Part shown: positions 57,404 through 64,000 of the stretch, piece by piece
Layout of the letters: each line of letters starts with the position of its first letter
How positions within the stretch are numbered: the first letter of the stretch is position 1
NCBI GenBank assembly: GCA_036679645.1
Contig: JAZDCY010000004.1
Location: 31,733 to 95,732 of the forward strand
Length of the DNA: 64,000 nt
From: Gemmatimonadota bacterium
Lineage (GTDB): Bacteria; Gemmatimonadota; Gemmatimonadetes; Gemmatimonadales; GWC2-71-9
Direction: 5' to 3'
Made by a program: the position numbers and the translations under genes
Notes under the pieces: model-generated
What the model was told of the DNA's origin: nothing
Seen by the model: the letters and a program-made list of their open reading frames with translations, nothing else
Database searches by the model: none

Positions 57404-58147
57404 GTGGTGGTGGCAAGCGATCCTGAGCGGCAACTCGATCCTCTTCAGCGCGAGCGTCCGTCCGGCGCTAGCGGGGACGCGCACGGCGATCCATGGGGGG
57501 TGAAGCGGGCGGAGAACCTGCTGACGAGCCTTAAGGGCATCCTGTCGGCCCGGGTGGTGGTCTCGCCGATCGGCGAGGTGCAGGAGGTCCATGTCCTGAC
57601 CCAGGGCGGCACCGCGGCCAAGCAGGTGGTGCGGAACGTGGAGAGCGCGTTGTTCGCGCAGTTGGGTCTCAAGATCGACCACCGCAAGATCAGCGTGGCT
57701 CAGACGGCGGACGTGCGGCCCATCGAGGCACTCGAGACGTCGGCCATCAAGGATGCGGCGTTGAAGCGCGGGCTGCTCTTCGCCGGGCTCGACATTCAGA
57801 CAGACAGGAACCGGCGCGTGAAGGTCTCTGTCACTTTGCAGGTTGGGGAGAAGGAGGTGCGGGGCAGTGAGGAGGCGGGGGATCAGCCCCGGGCGCGGCT
57901 GCACGCTGCCGGGCGAGCGGCGGTGGCGGCGTTGGACCCGTTTTGGGAGCAGGGGACCCTGGAACTGGAAGGGGTCCAGCAAGTTGAGGCATTCGACCGG
58001 ACCTATGTTTTTGTCGGCGTGCTGGTCGTGGACAACCGCACAAGTCATTTGCTCACCGGCACTTGCGAGATAGCCGACCATCCCGAGCAGGCCGTGGTTC
58101 TGGCGGTCCTGGATGCTACCAATCGGTGGCTTGGATCACGGTACTAG
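57404..58147 (+). CDS. Conserved hypothetical protein
   Basis: Host-like codon usage. EVHVL..KQVVRNVESAL..IDHRKISVAQ and AVLDATNR blocks. Start uncertain (57395-57410). Confidence 0.7.
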   Translation: MVVASDPERQLDPLQRERPSGASGDAHGDPWGVKRAENLLTSLKGILSARVVVSPIGEVQEVHVLTQGGTAAKQVVRNVESALFAQLGLKIDHRKISVAQTADVRPIEALETSAIKDAALKRGLLFAGLDIQTDRNRRVKVSVTLQVGEKEVRGSEEAGDQPRARLHAAGRAAVAALDPFWEQGTLELEGVQQVEAFDRTYVFVGVLVVDNRTSHLLTGTCEIADHPEQAVVLAVLDATNRWLGSRY

Positions 58148-58176
58148 CGCAACGCAACAATTAGGTTAGTTTGGGT

Positions 58177-58200
58177 CCCCCGCCTCAGGGCGGGGTTTCT
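58177..58200 (+). terminator. Intrinsic terminator
   Basis: CCCCGCC-TCAG-GGCGGGG followed by TTTCT. Confidence 0.7.
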
Positions 58201-58360
58201 GTCTCTGTAACAGCTTGGCCTCAGGGCAGTTGAGGCCTGTGATTTACAGCAGTTTCTCACACGCAGTCTGAGCAAAAGGAGAAGACGAAAGGGGCCTCGG
58301 TTGGCTGGTGCTGCCATTGGTAGCGGAGCTGATCGGGTAGACAATCGAGCGGAGCGTCGG

Positions 58361-58423
58361 GTGTGTCATAGCGGGACACGCCACTCTCAAGTGGATCCGT
58401 AAGAAGCGGACGGAGAGGAGGTG
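58361..58423 (+). ncRNA. Candidate structured 5' leader (three adjacent hairpins before the RBS)
   Basis: GTGTGTC/GACACGC, CCACT/AGTGG and TCCGT/GCGGA stems, then AGGAGGTG. Confidence 0.4.
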
Positions 58424-58431
58424 ACGCTCTT

Positions 58432-58503
58432 ATGTTCGGCCTTAGTTGGCTTGCAACCCTATTGGCCAAGTTGTTTTCGGCCTCGGGCCAAGCTTGGTTG
58501 TAG
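58432..58503 (+). CDS. Unannotated 23-aa hydrophobic peptide MFGLSWLATLLAKLFSASGQAWL
   Basis: Strong SD AGGAGGTG 8 nt before the ATG. Ends TAG-TGA, 32 nt upstream of the HD-GYP ATG. Confidence 0.65.
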   Translation: MFGLSWLATLLAKLFSASGQAWL

Positions 58504-58535
58504 TGAGAGCTGGCCGGGGCACCCCTCCCGTCAAG

Positions 58536-59870
58536 ATGTCTGGTAAGAGCGTATCGAACGTCGCCACACGCCGGTTCGTCGTCGCAACGATAGCGGCGGC
58601 CGTTTTGGGCGTGCTGCTGTCTGCACGGCTTGATCCGTGGTTTAGGGTTCAGACGCCCTCCACCTTCGCGATCATGATCTTCGTGGTTGTCGCTCTACTC
58701 TTGGAACTGGCCGAGCACCGATTGGCCGTAAGCGCTACCGGTTCGATAGCGTTCATCATTTTCATCGCATCGGCTCTCGTATTTGGCCCGACTTGGGGCA
58801 GCGTCGTGACGGCGGTGAGTTTTACCGGGGCCCATCTTCTCAACCGCCGTCCTCTTCTAAAGGTGGGCTTTAACGTCTCCCAGTACGTTTTGGCGATTCT
58901 CCTTTCCTCAGTCACATACATGGCGTTGGGAGGGGCAATTCCGCCTGTCTCGCTTGACCACTCAGTTGGCCCATTCGCCGTAATGGTCGTAGTCTTTTTT
59001 TCCGTCAACTCGCTTGCGGTGTCTAACGTGGTTGCACTGAGTGAGGAACGTAGTCTGTTGGAGGTTTGGCGACGGAATACCTGGCATCTCGCCGCGTATG
59101 ACTTGTTTGCAAGCACGATTGCTCTGGCGATCGCATTCCTATACGGGCGGTACGGAGTGTTCGCGGTGGCTGGTGTCGTGGCGCCGATTCTCTTCCTGCG
59201 TCACATCTACATGGTCAATCTGCAGTTGCAGGCTGCCAATCGCGAGATGCTGGACGTCATGGTGAAGTCGATTGAGGCACGCGATCCCTATACGTCGGGG
59301 CACTCGCAGCGGGTTGCAGAGTTCGCCAGGCTGATCGCCCGTGAGCTTGGGCTGGGTTTGGGAGAAACCGACAAGATTGCTACGGCGGCGCTTTTGCATG
59401 ATGTCGGGAAAATCTATGAGGAATTCGCTCCGCTGTTGAGAAAGCCCAGCCGGCTTACCGCCGACGAGTTTCGGACGATGCGTTCTCACCCCTTAAAGAG
59501 CGCCGAGTTGGTCGCGACTGTCTCTGGTCTACGCGGCTACATCGAGACGGCAGTACGACATCATCATGAGAGCCTCGACGGCTCCGGGTATCCTGATGGG
59601 CTCAAAGGCGAGGATATCCCGATCGGCGCGCGCGTCATTATGGTTGCGGATACGGTGGATGCCATGACGAGCCATCGTCCTTACCGAGACGCCCTTCTGT
59701 ACGACGAGGTTGTCGCCGAAACCGAGCGTTGCTCTGGGACTCAGTTTGATCCGAGCGTTGTTGCTGCCTTTCGATCGTGTGTAGCGATCAGGAAGTTGCT
59801 GGATGCCAGTCGAGGCGAGCGGGGACCGGACCCGCTGCTCGTTCCGGAAAAAGCCGTGCGACTAGCCTAG
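58536..59870 (+). CDS. Membrane-bound HD-GYP cyclic-dinucleotide phosphodiesterase
   Basis: About 7 TM segments at the N-terminus. IEARDPYTSGHS.RV, LHDVGK, HP, HHE..DGSGYP, ARVI.VAD..DAM...RPYR, QFDP. Confidence 0.9.
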   Translation: MSGKSVSNVATRRFVVATIAAAVLGVLLSARLDPWFRVQTPSTFAIMIFVVVALLLELAEHRLAVSATGSIAFIIFIASALVFGPTWGSVVTAVSFTGAHLLNRRPLLKVGFNVSQYVLAILLSSVTYMALGGAIPPVSLDHSVGPFAVMVVVFFSVNSLAVSNVVALSEERSLLEVWRRNTWHLAAYDLFASTIALAIAFLYGRYGVFAVAGVVAPILFLRHIYMVNLQLQAANREMLDVMVKSIEARDPYTSGHSQRVAEFARLIARELGLGLGETDKIATAALLHDVGKIYEEFAPLLRKPSRLTADEFRTMRSHPLKSAELVATVSGLRGYIETAVRHHHESLDGSGYPDGLKGEDIPIGARVIMVADTVDAMTSHRPYRDALLYDEVVAETERCSGTQFDPSVVAAFRSCVAIRKLLDASRGERGPDPLLVPEKAVRLA

Positions 59871-62800
59871 CTGGGGTGTCCCCGTTACGATGGTCTGGGC
59901 CGGGAGGGGTGCAGTGCATAGCGGCTAGATGTGCGATGATTCCCACAAGTCCGTGCGCTTCGATTGCTCCCAAGGCAATTGCTACGGATTCGGGCGCCCC
60001 GCGTTCCGCCAAAGAAAATGACTCGAACGCTCCGATCTCGAGGCGAGGCGCGAGTTGCTGCCTTTGAAGGCGATCGCGACTCTCCCGGGAGTAGATTCTC
60101 AGCGCACGGGGGCCTTGCGTTGCCAGTACGTACTGTCTTAGCAACCGCTCTTGCCGACCCGCTTCGCCAATGATGTGTTTTGGACGCTTGGACATCAGTT
60201 CCTCTACGATGCCCCAGGCCGACTCGGGCTCCTGGACGGAGAGATAGTAGTCCGCTCTCACTGTTGCGATGTCCAAGAGCGCGTGTTCGCTCGGCCAGCC
60301 AGTCGCAGATCTCTCAGCGATACGGAGAATTAGATCCGCTTGCTCGGTAGCTCCGAGATCCAGCGCCAACGATGCACCTATGCAGAAAACGGTTGCAACG
60401 ACGCGAGGGTGCGCGGTTCGCTCGGCGCCCTTCAGTGCACTCTCTACACACTTCGCCGCCTCAGCGAAGCGCCCGTGGTCTGCGTACAAAGCACCCAGAT
60501 TCGCTCGAATTGTCGGTTCAACAAACGTATCTCCGCTCCGCTCGGCGATGTCGATTGCCTGGCGAAAAGCGTGAATGGCATCGGCAGTATGCCCACATGA
60601 AGTAAGAGCCATGCCAAGTCCGTTCAGAGGCCTCTTGTTGTAAACCTCTGACCCAAGAGACGTAAATACGTCGACACTCTTCAAGAAGGCTGCAGAAGCA
60701 GTTGCAAACTCTCCCAATATCATGTTGCAGTAACCTCGTGTCGCATGAGCCAAGGCTCGAGTCAGTTCCCTATGCGTGCGACGTGCGATGCCTTCGGAGA
60801 TCTTTACGAATTCGCCGAGGCGGCTCAAGTCTGCAGCCTCGGCGGCGATCTCTGCAGATAGTTGCAGCGCGGCCAAGAGTAGGTCTTCGTCTCCGACCGC
60901 AGTAGCCTCCCTTAGTGCGACATCTGCCGTGGCCCGTCTGGTCTCGAGTTTTTCTAGGAACCCGCGTTGCGCGCATTCTGCTCGCAGCACAACGACTGTG
61001 GCTCGGTCGTCCGGTGATAACCGAATGGACCCAGTAACGCGCAGTCTGTCGTAGGCCTCCCTATACTGCCCCTGGGCGATTAGAGATCGCGCGATAGCAA
61101 CTCCCCATCTCGAATTAGTAGTCGCCACTCTATCTGGAATGGCTTCTAGCGCCATCTGCGCCTGTCGAGGTGCGCCGCGCAACGTGGCTTCCCCCGAAGC
61201 AGCGATAACGGCCGAAGTCCCCTCATCATGAAGACCAGCGCAAAGCAAATGGTGCCCCACCTCAAGTTGTCGTCCGTAGCCTTGAGGAACCGGAACCGAT
61301 TCGAGGGCGCGAGCGACTCGGAGGTGGTGGTACTTTCGTCGCTCTTGAGGTAAGGAATAATAGATGTAGGCCCGATGGAGTTCGTTTCTGAAGCATGGCT
61401 TACCCTCCACCAGTCCCAGCACACCGTTGTCGATGCAGCATCTGATCGCCCTCTGAAGGGCCGCAGATGCGATCTCCAACGCGACCTCAAGCTCTTCGAA
61501 TCCTAGCCCTCTACGAGCAACAGCGAGTACTGACAGCAACTCTCTCTCATTAGTTGACAATCTGGCACTCAGACGTTCAAAAGCTCGTCGCAAAGTCGCT
61601 GGCGGATTCCATCCCGAGAGATTTGGATTCCACGGTTCACCGCTGAGGCTTGCAGTGGCTTCGTGTGTGCGCCAATCGGCCAGCAGTAGCGCTGCAAAGT
61701 AAGGGTTGCCGTCTGACAGCCGGAGGATCGTCTCGCCTACTGCTTGTATGTCTTCCTTCGAACCAACACTGTTCAAGAGTTCCGATACTTGGTCGCGTGT
61801 GAGAGGCGGTAGGGCAAGCACGTGATCCCAGGCGAGCGACTTGGTCGCACACTCTGAACGCGCGATTGACTCGACCTGCCCCGGTGTGCGGATCGTGGCC
61901 AGACACAGCAGTGGGGCAGATATTCGCTTAAAAAGCATGTGAAATATGCCCCGCGAAGCTGGGTCGAGAAAAAGCACATCATCGATCAGTAAGGCCACTG
62001 GTAGACCTTCACCAACGGTCACTAGGATGTTTGCTATAGCCTCTGCAACACGCACCGGTATCGACGAGGCAGGAATTGGGGGGGGGGTTGGCACACCGGA
62101 GTACTGGACCGTGAGCCCAGCCGAGATTCGACTCGCCTCGGAGAGCCAAATCGGATCGGTCTCCGATATTCTCGGATCTTTCGCAAGAATAGCGATCAGG
62201 TCTGACGCCGTCGCAAACGGTATCTCCTTCCCGATCTCGTGACACGCGAGCAGCGTGACGGAAACTCCCCTTGCGACCAAGCTCTTTGCATAGCGGCGGA
62301 GTAGCGTGGTCTTGCCGATTCCGGCGGGGCCAGTGATCAGACACGTCTGCGGCGACCGGCCGCGCAAGTCGTGCCAGATCCTGTCCAATTCTGCCAACTC
62401 CCTGTCGCGCCCTACGAAGGGCAACGGGACGTCGAACATGTATTGAGACTCTTGTCCTTGTTGAAAATCGACGGCAGGACGGAGTCTTCCTTTCCGTAGA
62501 GAAGCGAGCAAGCGAACAACCTCTTGAGGCGCTTCGCACTTGAGGTCGTATTCCATCCGTTGAACAAAGTCGCGAAGAAGTGCCACAGCGCCGGATAGGT
62601 CGTCGTCAAGAAGTAATTTCTCAGCAAGAAGCTTGACGGCGGTGCATGAGTACTTATCAATTTCGTAGAGGTGTTCGGCACATTGTATGGCACGGCGTAG
62701 CTCACCCTGACTACTGAGTTCTGCGATCCTATCGCTGAGGGCTTGGACTGACCGCTTCACGCATCCTCTTCTTGCGGACTCAACCCAATGGGCGAATTCG

Positions 62801-63177
62801 GCACCGGCCCAGTTTTCGACGCGTGCGAGAGGTGTCCCCACGGTGATGGTCGGGTCCTCAGCGTCGAATTCATCGATGTCCGTTTGAAGGGCAGCTCGGA
62901 GCTGAACACCATCCCCTCCGCGACTCACCGCCTCCCGCCCAATGGCGTTCCGAATCACGGTCAACGCCTGGGCGAGCGAGTGCCGTGCACGGTCCTGGTC
63001 CGCGTCGGGCCACAGCAGATCCGAGAGTGTGTCGCGCGAGACCGCCCGCTCCCGAGCCTCCAACGCCAGGTACACCAACACCGCGAGCTGCTTCCGCGTG
63101 CGCAGCTTCACGACCCGTCCCTCCGGGTCTAGTAGCTCCGGTACGCCAAATAGGTGCAGCCTAAAGTTGTCGCTCAC
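59788..63177 (-). CDS. SARP/BTAD-like HTH + AAA (STAND-like) ATPase + TPR regulator
   Basis: LHLFG.P, LVYLAL, SRD.L..LLWPD....AR.SL.Q, FVGRDREL, GPAGIGKT, LLIDD, GNPYF, F..EL.R, and TPR-like C-terminal helices. Start is GTG 63177 (ORF extends to 63234). Confidence 0.85.
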   Translation of the reverse strand: MSDNFRLHLFGVPELLDPEGRVVKLRTRKQLAVLVYLALEARERAVSRDTLSDLLWPDADQDRARHSLAQALTVIRNAIGREAVSRGGDGVQLRAALQTDIDEFDAEDPTITVGTPLARVENWAGAEFAHWVESARRGCVKRSVQALSDRIAELSSQGELRRAIQCAEHLYEIDKYSCTAVKLLAEKLLLDDDLSGAVALLRDFVQRMEYDLKCEAPQEVVRLLASLRKGRLRPAVDFQQGQESQYMFDVPLPFVGRDRELAELDRIWHDLRGRSPQTCLITGPAGIGKTTLLRRYAKSLVARGVSVTLLACHEIGKEIPFATASDLIAILAKDPRISETDPIWLSEASRISAGLTVQYSGVPTPPPIPASSIPVRVAEAIANILVTVGEGLPVALLIDDVLFLDPASRGIFHMLFKRISAPLLCLATIRTPGQVESIARSECATKSLAWDHVLALPPLTRDQVSELLNSVGSKEDIQAVGETILRLSDGNPYFAALLLADWRTHEATASLSGEPWNPNLSGWNPPATLRRAFERLSARLSTNERELLSVLAVARRGLGFEELEVALEIASAALQRAIRCCIDNGVLGLVEGKPCFRNELHRAYIYYSLPQERRKYHHLRVARALESVPVPQGYGRQLEVGHHLLCAGLHDEGTSAVIAASGEATLRGAPRQAQMALEAIPDRVATTNSRWGVAIARSLIAQGQYREAYDRLRVTGSIRLSPDDRATVVVLRAECAQRGFLEKLETRRATADVALREATAVGDEDLLLAALQLSAEIAAEAADLSRLGEFVKISEGIARRTHRELTRALAHATRGYCNMILGEFATASAAFLKSVDVFTSLGSEVYNKRPLNGLGMALTSCGHTADAIHAFRQAIDIAERSGDTFVEPTIRANLGALYADHGRFAEAAKCVESALKGAERTAHPRVVATVFCIGASLALDLGATEQADLILRIAERSATGWPSEHALLDIATVRADYYLSVQEPESAWGIVEELMSKRPKHIIGEAGRQERLLRQYVLATQGPRALRIYSRESRDRLQRQQLAPRLEIGAFESFSLAERGAPESVAIALGAIEAHGLVGIIAHLAAMHCTPPGPDHRNGDTPARLVARLFPERAAGPVPARLDWHPATS

Positions 63178-63577
63178 GCTCGACCTGCTCCGCTCGCTTC
63201 CCACCAGAACCTGCCCCCTTGCCGTCAACACCAATTCAACAGTATGCCTCGCAAGCGGTTAACTGGCTAGATGGGGGTTATTGGGGCGGTCCGATTACGC
63301 ATAATCAACAAGAATGCCCCCACTCTCCGAGAGTCTCCAGCGCGACCGTGGGGTCCGTCGGTCGTGAGGGAACCAGCGTGCTGCAACAGAAGATGCTCAG
63401 CGCTGCCGGTAGTCGATCTCCATGACGACCACCCGCTCCCCTGTTTCGAGGAACACGATGGGTCCACGTGAAATGGTCGGGTAGAGTAGACGGCGAAGAG
63501 AAACTCGTAGTCGTGTGCGTGCCCGGTCGTCGGGTCTGCGTAGGAGCCGCTCAACTCACGCCGGGCCCTCCGCCTCG

Positions 63578-64000
63578 TTACTCCTCGAGCTTCACGGCCA
63601 CCTTGGCCATCTCGGACATGAAGTGGCCCCAGCCAAACGGGAAGTCGCTGAAGTCCACGGCGCGGGTGAACCCGGCGTGGACAATCGTGACCACGGTGCT
63701 ACTCCCCCCCTCCCGGGACTCGAGCAGCCAGGTCACCGACTGCATCGGTACCGATGTGTCGCCGCGCCAGTCGGGCCAGCTGATCTTCAGTTTCTCGTTG
63801 GGCACGAACTCGAGAATCTCCATTGCCGTGCCTTCGTGCTCGATATCGGCTTCCTGCTGCCAGCCCAGGTCGAACCGGCCGCCCACCCGCGGCTCCACCG
63901 TGGCGTCCTTGGCGAGCCACTGGTTCAGCGCCGCGGGCTCGATGAGCGCCCGGAATACCTTCTCGCGCGGTGCATCGATCGTTGTCGACAGGCGGATCTC
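63578..64000 (-). CDS. SRPBCC/AHSA1 domain protein, 5' end outside window
   Basis: Frame is open to 64000: IDAPREKVFRALIEP..LNQW, RVGG.F, H.GF, GW..F. Confidence 0.85.
   Translation of the reverse strand, partial: EIRLSTTIDAPREKVFRALIEPAALNQWLAKDATVEPRVGGRFDLGWQQEADIEHEGTAMEILEFVPNEKLKISWPDWRGDTSVPMQSVTWLLESREGGSSTVVTIVHAGFTRAVDFSDFPFGWGHFMSEMAKVAVKLEE

Noticed and set aside
58200..58430. c-di-GMP-I riboswitch or tRNA upstream of the HD-GYP gene
   Set aside because: No GEMM consensus (GGCAAA...GCAAA tetraloop/receptor pattern) and no tRNA cloverleaf or TTC loop recognised. Kept only as an unclassified leader.
58446..58535. N-terminal extension of the HD-GYP ORF from TTG 58446
   Set aside because: No RBS at that position and it overlaps the SD-supported peptide ORF. 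ATG 58536 is more plausible.
63267..63554. 95-aa ORF between the STAND-like gene and the SRPBCC gene
   Set aside because: TTG start, no recognisable domain. It may be a gene remnant but cannot be supported.

Overview
High-GC chromosomal segment of a diderm bacterium, probably Gemmatimonadota (inferred from gene content, synteny and pilin sequence). In order, it carries: the 3' end of a TonB-dependent receptor; nadA and a frameshifted nadC; lptFG; a roughly 2050-aa SprA (T9SS translocon)-like beta-barrel coupled to a glutaminyl-cyclase-like M28 lipoprotein; comEA; and a near-complete type IVa pilus locus (pilB/T/C, pilS/R, a methyltransferase-GT2-GT-C cassette, two sigma54-linked major pilins, three minor pilins, pilMNOPQ and a large Ig/beta-propeller lipoprotein). 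Housekeeping genes follow (aroC, aroK, topA, trmFO, xerC, hslVU, argF, gcvT, mog, udgB), then a GldA/GldF-G/DUF4340 ABC system and an accessory signalling region. The best candidate for an undescribed system is the c-di-GMP module at about 55.6-63.2 kb. It contains an [FeFe]-hydrogenase-like Fe-S sensor fused to an intact GGDEF, a conserved hypothetical protein, a three-hairpin leader with an unannotated 23-aa peptide ORF in front of a membrane HD-GYP phosphodiesterase, and a convergent SARP/BTAD-ATPase-TPR regulator. Other notable items are a sigma2-only ECF with a 37-aa ZAS peptide, MraZ-like and CRP-like boxes plus a C15 tract upstream of pilM, and intergenic 8-nt periodic inverted repeats. 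No rRNA, tRNA, CRISPR array or transposase was seen. All calls come from reading motifs; no searches were run.
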